This document shows positions 28,481 to 55,030 of a stretch of 64,000 nucleotides of DNA, one piece after another. The DNA lies in assembly GCF_009914755.1 (NCBI RefSeq), contig NC_060944.1, one strand, 5' to 3'. Made by a program: the position numbers and the translations under genes. The notes beneath the pieces were generated by a model. That model worked only from the letters and a program-made list of their open reading frames with translations. It had not been told where the DNA came from and ran no database searches. Numbering within the stretch: position 1 is the first letter of the stretch; every line of letters begins with the position of its first letter. Source of the DNA: the human T2T-CHM13v2.0 reference genome, Homo sapiens.

Positions 28481-28959
28481 TCGGCTTTCCAGGGCTATTC
28501 TCTCGCCAGTGAGTCCCACTTCGGAAGCACACATTGCACAGTCTTTTGCGAGCGCTCTGAGTATCCTTGGACATGGCAACTCCAAGCCTCAGTTTACCCA
28601 TCTGAAATATGGGGAAAATCATAGTGCTTGTGAAGAGCAAATGGAGGTGGGCTTGGAAAGCACTTGTCACCGTGCCTGACACATACTGTCTAATAATAAG
28701 CTTAATGGGATATAGATAAAAGCTTTCATTATTATTTGCCTCTAAATCCCTCTCTTCTTTTTCCCATCATTACCTCCCTAGCAAGCTAAAATGCTCAGTA
28801 AATAGAATTATTGATCGAACGAGTGTGGCCCCTCCCCTCTTCCCAAACGTAGAAAGGCCTCCTCAGCACTGGACTTCATGTCTGTCATACAGGCCTGGAT
28901 TCATATCTGGCTTTCACTCTTTTTTAAAAATTTTCTGTTTTTTCCCACACTACACTGAT

Positions 28960-30302
<1,343 letters not shown>

Positions 30303-30645
30303 TTTGGCTTTCGCTCTTGATAGCTGTCCTTGCCTCTCTGAACTTGAGCATCTTCATCTGTAAAATGGGAGTTGGGGTCTGTTCTGAGCATCCCAGGAGA
30401 TAGAGGATGAGCAGGTGGATTGTAAACTAATTAAACAAATCAGTCCTACTGATCCCATAGAAGAAAGGGAGTCAGGAACCCTTTCATTCCATCAATATTT
30501 ATTGAGTACACACAGTGTGCTTGGACTGGTGTAGTAGATACCCACCATCTTTTCACATTACCCTGACCGCCCTCTAATCTATTCTCCACCCTGCTGTCAG
30601 AGTAATGTTTCTAATGATCAGAAATATGATCATGTCACTACTCTA

Positions 30646-31630
<985 letters not shown>

Positions 31631-33303
31631 CTAGATTTATCTTAGGGCCCTCTTCCCCTTTCTCTGGGTTGCAACTACAGTGATATTTCTTACACATTGT
31701 TCTCCCTCCTTTCTGAGAACCCTTGCACATGCTGATCCCCCTGCCTGCAATGCTCTCCCCACTTAGATAACTCTCAGTCTTCAGATCCCAGTTCAAACGG
31801 GGCTACTCCAAGGATACCTTCCCTGACCCATTCCCACACAGGTTTTCTTAGCACGATATGCTTGTCCTTAGTAGAATACACTGAGTCATTATTACCTGTC
31901 TTTGCCACTAGACTATGGACACCATAAGGAAGAAAACCTTATCCATCTTGTTTAACATTGTTTTCTCAGCATATAGCACAGCACCTGGCACAGAGTAGGT
32001 GCTCAGTAAGTATTTGTTGCGTTTGTGAATCCTAAGCACAATACTAGGTATTGGGCCCAAGAGGGCAGACAGGAGCAAAGAGAACCACAGGCAACCGCAA
32101 CAGGGGGGCACCTTAGACCTTTGAGCCTATGAAATTAACACCAAATAAATTTAAAATATCCTGGAAAAAAAAACTTTTCTGAAGCTTTTTATTTTAACTT
32201 TTAAAAACTGAAATATAATTTATATACAATAAAATGAAAAACTATTAAGTGTATATCTAATAATTTTTTTGCCTACATTCCTGTGTTACCACCACCTAGA
32301 TCAAGTTATAGATCTATCAACCCAGAAAGTTCCCTTTTGTTCTCTTTTGTATGTTCTCTTCTAATAAATACCTGCTCCCCCAGATGTAACCATTATTCTG
32401 ACTTCTAGCACCATAGATTAACTTTTTTTTTTTTTTTGAGATGGAGTCGCGCTCTGTCGCCCAGGCTGGAGTGCAGTGGCACAATCTCGGCTCACTGCAA
32501 GCTCTGCCTCCCGGGTTCACGCCATTCTCCTGCCTCAACCTCCTGAGTAGCTGGGACTACAGGCACCCACCACCACGCCAGGCTAATTTTTTGTATTTTT
32601 AGTAGAGACGGGGTTTCACCGTGGTCTCGATCTCCTGACCTTGTGATCTGCCCGCCTTGGCTTCCCAAAGTGCTGGGATTACAGGCATGAGCCACCACGC
32701 CCAGCCGTAGATTAACTTTGACAGTTTTTGATCTCCATAGAAACAGAACCATACAGTTTGTACTCTTGTGTTAGCCTGGAAATCTGACATAGCCAAAGGG
32801 TGATTTTTTGGATAAAGATACAATTAATGAATGACTTGATTAATTAACCTGAAAGACTGAATGAAAAGCTCTGGCTACTTCATCCTACAGACACAGAGGT
32901 CCTGACAACAGCCAGCCCAGAGGCTGAGAAGACCTCACTGACATATTTCCAAACCCACAAAGACTTCTAGAGATAAGAAAGCTCTCAAAGATTCCAGAAA
33001 CTCAGCAATAAGACTGGGTGCTATGGCTCATGCCTGTAATTCCAGCACTTTGGGAGGCCAAGGCAGGAGGATTGCTTGAGTCCAGGAGTTTGAGACCAGC
33101 CTGGGCAACACAGTAAGACTTCATCTCTACAAAAAATTTAAAAATTAGCTGGTCATGGTCGTGTGTGCCCGTAATCCCAACTACTCATGAGACTGAGGTG
33201 GAAGGATCACTTCAGCCTGGGAATTGGAGGCTACAGTAAGCCAAGATCACATCACTGCTCTCCAGACTGGGTGACAGAGTGAGACCCTGTCTCAAAAAAA
33301 AAA

Positions 33304-35140
<1,837 letters not shown>

Positions 35141-36192
35141 ATACACACGCACAAAAGATTCCAGAGCCACTATCCTAATTTTTTCACCTTGTTGTCCATG
35201 TCCTTAAGCCAAGGGTCATGGGTGTTCCTGGGATCTGCAAGAATGCAAAGAGCTGAGAAGACAGGGGCGCATTGGGCACCTGCAGATCCTGTAGGTAAAA
35301 ATAGCAGGAGCCTAGGCAACACAAATACTTGTTGCCTGCAGGCAGGCAGCAAAAGAACAAAAACAGGCCATAAACTAGCAGATAGTATAGCATAATGATT
35401 ACAATATTGGGCTCTGAAGCCAAAGTGAATCTGAACACCCAAGTTCAGATTCTAGCTCTGCCATTTATTAGCTATGTGAAGAAACTGCAACCAAAAGGAG
35501 ATAAATGACTTGTCCAACAGGGTCCAAAGTATTTTCTCATTTATATTGTTTAAAAATCTTTACATGGGTTTTGTTTCATTCTATATCCCCAGTAGACTGT
35601 AAGCTCCCCAAGGAAGCTATGTTTGTAATATCCTCACTTGAAATGTAACTTAACTTCTTTGTGCTTCAGTTGCCTCACCTGTGGGATGCAGAGAATAAGG
35701 GCTCCTACTTCATAAGGTTGTCAAGCATATTAATGAATTTATACCTATAAATGTTTAGGAGAAAGCTTAGTGCTTATGATAGTCTCAACAAGCAATAGAT
35801 TGAGAGAGGCTTCTGAAGAGGTGGTCAGGCTATTTCATAAAATGTTTTGAGCAAGAAAAACAGTCCTAAAACATCCAGGATTGTTCTAGATTTGGACTAG
35901 AGTGAAGAAAAAGCAAATCAATTGTTCTTTGATAATTTGATTTGTATTTATTGGACTTCTACTTTCATGTGTGTCCAAACAGGCTCAAGCTCTGCAGTGA
36001 TAAGACTGACAGTGAATACTTCAATGATGTCTTTAAGAAAAACAATAATAAAACAGGGGAAAAAAGAAAGAACAAAACCATCTAGAAAGTGTCAACATTT
36101 TACTGTCTGCAGGGTTCGTCACAACAGTGCCAAATGACAAACTTACCACATTTAGTTGGATGAATTTTGCCCTGCAGAAGGATATCACCTTT

Positions 36193-37129
<937 letters not shown>

Positions 37130-37295
37130 GAAGGATATCACTTTTAAGTGGACACCATTCACATGACATTATAATTTGCAAATTTATTATGATAATTTAC
37201 CAGTAGATGGCAGTAAAATGCCTTGTTATTTCAGAATCTGTTCGTTGTAACAATTTTCAGATATATGGAAATAAAATGCCTTGAGGAGGGGGTCA

Positions 37296-37601
<306 letters not shown>

Positions 37602-37829
37602 CTATCTCAAAAAAAAAAAAAAAAAAGCGGTGGTGGGGTGGGGGCTTACTATGGGCAAGCCATGGCTTGCTCTTCAGGAAAAAAATCATTGAAAAAATAG
37701 AAGAAATAGACTAATAATTACACAATTTTAAAAAGTGGAAGAATATCAAGTGACCATACATACACAAAAAGGTGGGGGTGGGGGAGAAAAAAAAAACTGT
37801 TTTCAAAAATATTCTGAAATTTTAAAGCT

Positions 37830-44000
<6,171 letters not shown>

Positions 44001-44789
44001 CTACCCAGTTTATGATATTTTGGTATGGCAGCCCAAATGAACTAAGACACTCTGTCACTTGAAAGACAGCCTGGGAGAGTAGGTATGACTACAGGCATGG
44101 CTCAGGCACCTAAAGATATCAGGGCAAGGATCACCCAAACATCCATCAAAAGGAAACTGGTTAAACCCTTCAGTGAACTACGATGCATTATTATAAATAA
44201 TGAAGTGGATCCATATATATTAACAGGGGAAAATGCCCACGCTCTATTGGTAAGTTAAAAAAAAAAGGAAGTTGTAGACAGTGTGAAAATATAGTCCCAT
44301 TTTTACTTTTTAAACAGAATATATGTTAGTGTACAGAAAAAAGTTGGAGGAATGTGTATTAAATTATTGACAATGAGATTTTTGGAGGGTTTGGATTTTG
44401 AAGGGGTGGATTACAGATATACATTATATATCTATAAAGTATTTGATATTTGAAAAACTGTTATATCTGCAATCCAATAAAATAATTTAAAAATTTTTAA
44501 AGAAGTGGCCAGGCACAGTGGCTGAAGCCTGTAATCCCAGCACTTTGGGAGGCCAAGGCAGGAGAATCACTTGAGGCCAGGAGTTCAAGATCAGCCTGGG
44601 CAACATAGTGAGACTCTTGTTTCTACAAAAAAATGAAAAATTAGCCAGGTGTGGTGGTATGCGCCTGTAGTCCCAGCTACTTGGGAGTCCGAGGCAGGAG
44701 GATTGCTTGACCAGGAAAGTTGAGGCTACAGTGAACAGGGATTGCAACACTGCACTCCAGCCTGGATGGCAGAGTAAGACCCTATCTCT

Positions 44790-45120
44790 AAAAAAAAAGA
44801 TAAAGAAACGAAGGGGAGGGAAGGGAAGGGAAAGAAGGGGAAAGAAAGGGAGGGAAGGAAGGAAGAAAGAGAAAGAAGGAAAGCAAAAGAGAGACAGTGA
44901 GACAGAGGGGAAGGGAAGGGGAGGGGAAGGAGAGGGGAAGGAGAGAGCAAGGAGAGGGGAGAGGAGGGGAGGAGAGGGAAGGGAAGGGAAACATAGTCTA
45001 TGGAGTCGAACAGATGGCTTTTGAATCATGGATCTGTGAAAGGAGGGGAAGGAAGGGAGAAAAGAAGAAAAGAGAAAGGTAGGAAGGAAGGAAAGGAAAA
45101 GAAAAAGAAAGAAAGAAAGA
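44790..45120 (+). repeat. Polypurine low-complexity tract extending from the tail of an Alu (44507-44800)
   Basis: GGGAA, GGAA and GAAA runs, interrupted by a 46-bp duplicated block. Confidence 0.9.
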
Positions 45121-45318
45121 GACATAGTCTATGGAGTCAAACAGATTGCTTTTGAATTATGCATCTGCCAACTACCAGCTGGGTGATCTCTGGTAAGTTG
45201 CTTCGGGTCTCTCAATTTTCTCATCAATAAAATGGGGGAATTAATACCAGCCTCATAAGAATGAGCTACCTATCTCACCAGTTTCATCTCATCTCATCAT
45301 CCCCTCGGGGTGCTCTAG

Positions 45319-46191
<873 letters not shown>

Positions 46192-47378
46192 CTCTAGGAA
46201 GAATATATAGGCCTTCTTTCACCTCCTAAAACATGACACATTCCTTCTCACCACAATACCTTTGAACATACTGTTCCCTTTGCCTAGAATGACATTCCCA
46301 CATCCCATATCTAATCCTTTCCTGTCAATCCTATTCATTCTCATGACCTTCTCAGGGAAGCTTTTGCGGATCCTCAAACTAGATTAACTTTCTTGATATA
46401 CATTCTCTTAGTATCCCTCATAGAGTTTATTGTGATGGCAATTACCCGAATTATCTGTGCTCTTATTTCTTTAACATTTGACTGCCCCGATAGACTGCAA
46501 ACCCATTAAAAAGTCTGTCTTGGCTAGGCGCGGTGGCTCATGCCTGTAATCCCAGCACTTTGGGAGGCTGAGGTGGGCGGATCACCTGAGGTCGGGAGTT
46601 CAAGACCAGCCTGACCAATATGGAGAAACCCTGTCTCTACTAAAAATACAAAATTAGCCAGGTGTGGTGGTGCACGCCTGTAATCCCAGCTACTCAGGAA
46701 GCTGAGGCAGGAGAATCGCTTGAACTGGGGAGGTGGAGGTTGCGGTGAGCTGAGATCACGTCATTGCACTCCAGCCTGGGTGACAAGAGCAAAACTGTCT
46801 CAAAAAAAAAAAAAAAAGAAAAGAAAAGCCTGTCTTGTTCAGTGCTGAATCTCTAGTGCCTAACAAAGTACCTGGAATGTAATGGATAGAAGAATGTATG
46901 CATGAATGATATTATCTATAAAAGGTATTTATTGTCTGATATATACTATATGACGTATACTTTATAACAAAGAGTTCAACTAATAGGTGTGGAATTGGTT
47001 AAGAGCACAAATTCCAGAGTTGGACATGCTGAGATGAACCCCAGTTCTTCCATTTAATAGATGAAGAACCTTAGACAAGTCCCTTAACCTCTTTTGGCCT
47101 GTTTCCCATCTGTAAAATGGCAATAATATTAGTACCTACTTCATGAGGCTTGTAATAAAGATTAGATGCTATATATTATAGTTATTGGTGTTATGAATTA
47201 TTATTATTGGTGCATGTCTTAGCTGGACAGATATTATTATGAGTCCTTCAACGTTGACTCCAGGTTACTCTTGAATCGGTTACTGGGACAGGGTGAGCCG
47301 AGGTCTCCTCTCCCACTCCCACTCTCAACCCAGTTAAATATAAATTAAACCAGAGCCATGGTTAAGCAACATTCTTTC

Positions 47379-47384
47379 TTTAAT
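47379..47384 (-). terminator. GGT7: Probable GGT7 poly(A) signal ATTAAA
   Basis: TTTAAT on the plus strand; U-rich sequence downstream on the minus strand. Confidence 0.7.
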
Positions 47385-47754
47385 TTCCCTTTGCAAATGG
47401 AAGCCCCTGAGCTGGTGCCCACCCCCACCCCTACCCCATACCCTGGGGACCCCCGATGCAAGGCCCCCACCTCAACCTGGTGGGAAAAGAGGAGCACCCC
47501 CTCCCTATGATGGTCCATTAAAAAATTCCTAGTCATTTAAGAAATGAGGCTGGGAATGGGAGAAAGGAACTGGAAGACAAGGCCCAGGTCAGGCCAGTCT
47601 GAAGATGTTGGGGTTGTGAGACCCTTGAGAAGGGTTTGCAAGCACATCCCTAAGCTCGGGGCCAGCATGGCTGAAGGAGGAGAGGTGACACACAGACAGA
47701 TAGTCTGATTCCTCAAGGTCCTGCCTGCCTGGCTGTACTGTAGATGCTGACACT

Positions 47755-47796
47755 CACCACCACCACCACCACCACCACCACCACCACCACCACCAC
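47755..47796. repeat. (CAC)14 repeat, read as (GUG)14 in the GGT7 3'UTR
   Basis: Direct count. Confidence 0.95.
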
Positions 47797-47969
47797 AGGC
47801 CTCCTGATGGAGAATTTTCCAGTTACTCTGGGATTGGGTTTGCTAAGCATCCCCTCTGGCCCCTGATCTGGGGCATCCCTGGGGTCCCCCTGAGACCAAA
47901 CCTGGGAGAAGGAGGGACTCTGGGAACATGCAAAGTGGGGGAGCAGAGACCCCGCCCCACCCCGCTGCT

Positions 47970-48133
47970 CTACAGGATGGTGGCTCCAGCTGCATCTGGG
48001 CTCCGAGGGTCCTTAACAGCGATGATGAAGTTGTTGGTCCTTCGGCTGCCATGGACCCAGGATAAGACATCTACTTTCTCCACGTGGTGACCCCTGGCTT
48101 CCAGGAACTCAATCTCTTCCTCTGTGAACTCAC
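47970..48133 (-). CDS. GGT7: GGT7 last coding exon (SEFTEEEIEFLEARGH...DAAGATIL*)
   Basis: Acceptor ttttcag|GT; 164 nt; GGT-family C-terminus. Confidence 0.95.
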
Positions 48134-48382
48134 CTGAAAACCATCCCCGACATATACACATTCAGAATGTACAGAGCACTAGTTCAAGAGTCCTACAGTC
48201 AGACCTGAGTCCTCATCCTGGCTGCTCCACCACAGAGCTGTATGACCTTGGACAAATCACTTTACCTTGCTGAGCCTCAGTTTCCTCATGCATAAATAGG
48301 GATTATATGAGAACATGAAGTTGCAGGGACTAAAGGAGATAATGCACACACAGCACTGAACCTTGCATACAGTAAGTGATCA

Positions 48383-49251
<869 letters not shown>

Positions 49252-49870
49252 CCCTGCCTTTCTTATAGCCTGTTCAAACAGCAGCCAAGGGGATCCTTTT
49301 AAACCATTAGTCAGACCTTGTCACCTCCCCTGCTCAAAGCCCTCCAACAGCTTCAACGGAATTTAGAATAAAATCCAAAGTCCTTACCAAGGTGCCTCTA
49401 AGCCCAACATTGCTTGGGACCTTGCTACTTCTCTAAATTCCTCCCCTCATTTCCTTCTATTTCTCACCTTGCTTAACTGTATTCCAGCCACATTGACCTC
49501 CTTGCTGTCCCTTTAGAAGGCCAAACATGTTTCTACTTCAGTGCCTTTGCACTTACTGTTCTTTCTGCCTGGAATGCTCTCCTAGAAAGTCACACTGCTG
49601 GCCCCCTTACTGCTATCCAGTCTTTGGCACCTCTTCAAGAATTTCCTCCACCATTACCTAAAACAGCAGTCCCTACCATCTTTACCTTGTTTGGTTTTCT
49701 TCCAAAGTACTTACTGCTACCTGTATTTGTTTATTTATTTACTGTGTCTCCCTCCACTAGATTATAAGCTTTTTGAAGTTAGGAACGTTGTCTTGTTTGC
49801 TATTGATCTCCAGTGACAGGGTCAGTACATAGTAAATATTGAGCAGATACTTACTACATAGATGAACAAA
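49252..49870. mobile_element. L2 remnant
   Basis: CTGCTCAAAGCCCTCCAA..AGAATAAAATCCAAAGTCCTTACC..TCTGCCTGGAATGCTC. Confidence 0.65.
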
Positions 49871-50586
49871 TCCCCATCCCATTGGATAAGTTCAGACCCT
49901 CATCATCTCTTGCCTGGGCCATATCCCAGCTGCTTCTCATATTTCCCTGACTTAAATTCTCCTCCCCTCAATCTACCTCCCCTAAATAAGACAAATCAGG
50001 TCATGTGTCTCCCCTTCCCAACTGGATAATCTTAAGGCTGACCTCTGTGAGAAGCCCTGTAACTCCACATCCTACCGCTTCTCAATAAAGATCTAGTCTT
50101 CTTCTTTCCCTAATAGGAAGACTTTTGGTAGCTCTTGAGATGAAGACCCAATCTTGAATAGCATTAAATCACTTAATCGAAAATCTATTTCCTTTGTGGT
50201 TCACTTTCAATCCTTTTGATTATGGCAAGGAACAAGTTTCAGTCTGCTCTCTAACGCTTCCTAATCTCCTTCTTTAATGGAGAAAGCAGTCTCAGAGCCT
50301 TCCATGGGCAACAATATTTAACTAAAAACTACACATATCTATTTGTATAGCTAACAAATAGATGATAGCTATTTGTCATCTATTTGTGGCAAATGATGTC
50401 ATTTTTCCATTTGTGATTATGATATAAGGTCTATTTTTAAAATACATTTAGGGCCGGGCATGGTGGCTCACGCCTGTAAATCCAGCACTTCGGGAGGCCG
50501 AGGCAGGCGGATTACTTGAGGTCAGGAGTTTGAGACTAGCCTGGCCAGCATGGTGAAACCCTGTCTCTACAAAAATGCAAAAATTA

Positions 50587-50732
<146 letters not shown>

Positions 50733-52602
50733 TCAAAAAAATAATAAAATACATTTAGGCTAAAAAGGAAGTTCATTTAGAGAGACATGTTATGTACATA
50801 TTGGTTTAGATGGTGTGCAAATGTGGCAAAAGTCACAAAGGTGCTGGGTAAATTGAGAACTCTAGGAAACAACAGCTAGCCTCCTGGCTGCTCTCTGAGC
50901 CATTCATTCTGGTTTTTGCCTAGGCTGTTCCTCCTGTCCAGAATGTCCTTTACCTCCACATACCAAATTCCTACTCATACTTCAAAGCCAAGCTACTTGT
51001 CACCTCCTCCATAAAGCCTCCCCAGGGCCTCAGGTAGATGAACTTTCCCTTCACCAAGCCCCCACTCCTTGTACCTCCATCTTACACTAAGGCCCTGAAG
51101 GCAGGACTGGGCTGAGCCCAAATAACTTAGCACAGAGCCTCACATTCAACAGAGACCAGCAGATATTTGTTGAACAAAATTCAATTTCAAGGATGTGGCC
51201 TTGTCATCTATCAGCTGGGATCCAAGTGTCGCTGGCCAACCACAGGATGTGATTGTTGAAGATCGCGGTCTCTGCTTCTAATGTGATTCAGTCCAGGAGA
51301 TATCAAGAGCTGTGCAGTAAAGAATAGAGTCTTTGGTATCAGCCAGGTGTGTGTCCTAATTGAAGTTCTGCCACTTAGTGGTTGATCTTTGACTAGTTTA
51401 TAACTTCTGTGAGCCTCAGTTTCTTCCTCTATAGAATGGGGATAATAATATTGAACAGGCAAGGACTGTGTCTCAATCAATTCTGTATTCTTTTGGACTC
51501 GTGTCATATTAATACATTGTCTGTTATAATAAAAACTCCTCAAAGGTGCAGATACTTTCCTGTTTATAAAATTCAGCTGTGCCAAAATTAAGCCCTTTTC
51601 TTAGAGGAAAGTCCGTCTCCTCACCCTAAGGTCCACGATCCGGCGCCTGCCTGCCTCTCTGATCTAATTTCATCCTTGCTTACCTTGGTCTCCTTTTTAG
51701 TCCTCAAACTCACCAAACCCACTCCTGCCCTGAGTTCTTTGTACTTGCTCCCCTGACCTACAAAGCTCTGCACCAATTCTTTGTATAGTGGGCTCTCTCT
51801 TACTTTTTTTTTTTTTTTTTAGGAGATAGGATCTCACTCTGTTACCCAGGCTGTAGGGCAGTGGCGTGATCTTGGCTCACTGTAACCTCTGCCTCCCTGG
51901 TTCAAGCAATTCTCCTGCCTCAGCCTCCCGAGTAGCTAGAACCACAGGCACGTGCCATGCCTGGCTAATTTAAAAAAATTTTTTTATAGAGACGGGGGGG
52001 TGGAGGGGGGTCTCACTATGTTACTGAGGCTGCTCTTGAACTCTTGGCCTCAAGCGATCCTCTCACCTCAGCCTGGGATTATAGGTCTGAGCCATTGCAC
52101 CCAGTTTCTTTCTCACTCTTTAGATCTCAGCTTAAATGCCACCAAAGAGAAGTCTTCCTTGATCATTGAGTCCGTCCTATTATATCACCCTGCTTTGACA
52201 GTTGGCAGAGCATTTATTTGTCTCATATTTCTTTGATGACTTATTTTCTTGTTTGCCTGTAAATGCAGAATCCCCAGCACCTAGGATGATGCCTGGAACA
52301 CGTACGTGTTCAATACAAACTGTTGAGTAAATGAAAGTTTGAAGAATGAACAACTGTGTCTTATTTTACAAATGAGAAAACTGAGGCTCAGAGTTGAGAC
52401 ATGGATTTCCCAAGGCCACACAACCAGGAAATGGCAAGACTGGTTCCAATCCCCAGATCGTTCACTGCTCCAATAGAAATTTGCCAAATAAAACCAAACT
52501 TCACTGGCAGTTGGTGCTGGTTGAGGCATGGGCACCCTTGGGAGGAGTCCTTTCTCTACCTGTCCCTGTGCCCGCCCCACGAGGTCTCTGCTCTGCACTC
52601 AC

Positions 52603-52702
52603 TGTCCACCTGCAGGAGGTTGGACTGCAGGTCCGGGTGTAGGCGGCCGCGGGCCAGGCTGTCACTCAGGTTCCGGTTCAAGGTCAGGACATTCAGCAGA
52701 AC
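52603..52702 (-). CDS. GGT7: GGT7 exon (VLLNVLTLNRNLSDSLARGRLHPDLQSNLLQVD)
   Basis: cacag|GTT ... GACA|gtgagt; 100 nt. Confidence 0.95.
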
Positions 52703-53872
52703 CTGTGGTAGCCAAGGTACAGAAAAATCAGGGCTGTCCCAGGGGTGATGGTCCAGGATTCCTCAGCTCTCACCCTTGGTCCAGGCTCCTTAGTCTTGAG
52801 AATTCTTACACCGGGTGTCATCTGAGCCTCCTAACAGCCCTGGAAGACAGGCAGGCCTGTGATGACTGTTTCCATTTCACAGAGAGGGAAAGTGAAGTCC
52901 AGCAAGGAAAATGACTTACTCCAGAGTTTAGAGGAAGCCAGGGAAGATACACCACTAGAACCAAGTCTCTTTAATCTAGCCCGGGGCTCCCTTCTTTTCT
53001 CTCTGGATAGGGCAAGGTTAATAGCTAGGAGTGGTCTAGGGCACAATGTGGGTGCTTTTAACTTAGTGGTTAGGAGTGTGCGTAGGCTCTGGAACCAAAC
53101 TGCCTCCCTGCTCTTTCTAGCTGAAGGTACTTGACCTAAAGTCTTAACCTCTCTGGGCTTCGGTTTCCTTATCTATAAAATAGAAATAAGGATTCTCTCC
53201 AGAACTGGGAAGGTTAAAATGGTTAACACACATAACACAGTGCCCAGCACTTAGTACGAACTCTTTAAATGTTAGCTATTGTTATTATTTCCATTTTAAA
53301 GATGAAGAGACTGAGGTTCAGAGCTGTTAAGTGAATGCTCCAGCATCACACAGTTACAAATTGGTAGCACTTGGGCCGGAACCCAGGAGTGTCTGATTCC
53401 AGAACTTAAGATCGTTAACTCACCACCTGCCAAAATAGGTGCCTGGCATATATATCAGGTTCTCAAGACATTCATGGAGCCATTCTGAGGTGTTCTGGAG
53501 AAAAGCAGGCCCTTCCTTTCAAATCCCACCCTAAAGAGGGCTGGTTGTCTATTCAGATGCTGGGTAGAGGTATAATGGGACTTGAGGTTAACAGAACCCA
53601 GGCCACCCAGATGCTAACCCCACTTTTCAATCTACTGACCCTGCCATTTCCCCTGCAACCGGGAAAGACAGGGAGCATCAGGGCTCCATTTTCACTAAGA
53701 AACTCAGCGCAGCCCATGTCCACATTGCCCAGGATGCGCCTGGCACAAAACAGCCTCAGCCCATGTTTGCCGCATGAGGAATGGAAACAAGCCACAGATA
53801 TGACAGGCATCTGCAGTCTAGGCCACAGCTTGGCTCCCGGCTGAAAAAGGCCAACCATGGCGTAAACCTCAC

Positions 53873-54010
53873 CTGTGTCAGGCCGCTGAGGCCCCGCGCA
53901 GCTCCATTGGCCCCCAGAGCGAGGTAGGTTCCACAGAGCCCCTCCGCGGGTCGGACCACTGTGGGCAGCAGGAAAGAGAGTGGCCGCTTCCCTGGCTGCA
54001 CTGAATTCTC
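53873..54010 (-). CDS. GGT7: GGT7 exon (ENSVQPGKRPLSFLLP...GANGAARGLSGLTQ)
   Basis: aacag|GAG ... CAG|gtgagg; 138 nt; PGKRPLS is a GGT motif. Confidence 0.95.
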
Positions 54011-54796
54011 CTGTTGTTAGAGGACAGAGACCACAAGGGGCAGGTGGGGTGGGACAAGACCGGGAAAGGGCCCCTCCACAACCCTTCCAACTGCTCTCCC
54101 TCTTCTACATCTTCCACAGGCCCAGTTTTCCTGGGAGACTGGTCCCTTCCCAGACAACAGTTTGCTATCTGTGAAATGGGTAGGGTGCCTGGATGGGTGG
54201 GGTGGATGGGGGAGTGATAAGTACATCCACTGAGCTATGAGGCTGCTACGGGTCACAGGAGAAAGGACCAAGCCAAGAAAGATGGCAATGGGGAAGAACA
54301 GGATAACCCCACCCTGATCATCTCTATGTGTCTTTGCCCTGCTGGGGCCCCAGATGGCGGGGTGTAAGAGTGCTGATTTTTAACTAGATAAAAATTATTA
54401 AATCCTTCCTCCTTGGGTCCCTCTTTGGTGCCCAACCATAGGGCTGAGCCCCATCAGCTCAAGCTCACATAGTCACAGACCGCTAGTGCTGGAAAATGCC
54501 CAAAACATCAAATAGGAGCCAAAACCCTCATTGTACAGGTGAAGAAATTGCCCAGAGAGGGCAAGATCTTCACAAGGTCACACAGTAAGACAGTGACAGA
54601 ATGGGACAAGGGTTCTTCAGACCCACCAGGCTCCATGTCCCAGACTTAGCAGGGCTAGGGATGAGGTGAACCTCTTCTTTAGGCTTCCTTATACTAGAAG
54701 ATTCTGGAGAAAGTAGGGAGAAAGGGGCAGCCATGCCATTGCACCTCCTACCTATAGGCCTCAGGGTCCCCAGGAAAGCAGGGAAGCAAATCCTAC

Positions 54797-54914
54797 CAGG
54801 CTGGGTGCAGAGTGGTTAGCTGTCCGGTTGGGCCAGGAGAAGTCCAGCATCTGGCTGTTGAGCAGGATCCCCGAGGGGGTGATAAGGCCGCTGCCAAAGG
54901 GCTGGTTCAGGGAG
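54797..54914 (-). CDS. GGT7: GGT7 exon (SSLNQPFGSG..GILLNSQMLDFS..APSL)
   Basis: cccag|C ... CTG|gtagga; 118 nt. Confidence 0.95.
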
Positions 54915-55030
54915 CTGGGGGCCGAGGTGGGGTTGGGTGAGCCCTGGCCCATCCTCACCTCTACCCAGCCCCCACCCCCTCTTGGTTCAGAGGATCCCTT
55001 GTTCCAGGTTCTGAGTCTGAGCTGGCATAC

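Larger units (their letters stand above)
47360..47969 (-). other. GGT7: GGT7 3'UTR (end approximate)
   Basis: Follows the TAG stop; ATTAAA at 47379-47384. Confidence 0.75.

Noticed and set aside
27631-28682. Long overlapping ORFs (up to 302 aa) on both strands
   Set aside because: Stop-poor CpG island; P/R/G/A-rich translations with no recognisable domain, mostly from non-ATG starts
44487-45125. 212-aa hydrophobic ORF and Lys/Arg/Glu-rich ORFs
   Set aside because: Translations of a purine/pyrimidine low-complexity tract plus an Alu
47973-47984. C-terminal ATIL as a class I PDZ-binding motif
   Set aside because: GGT-family proteins are type II membrane proteins with a lumenal/extracellular C-terminus
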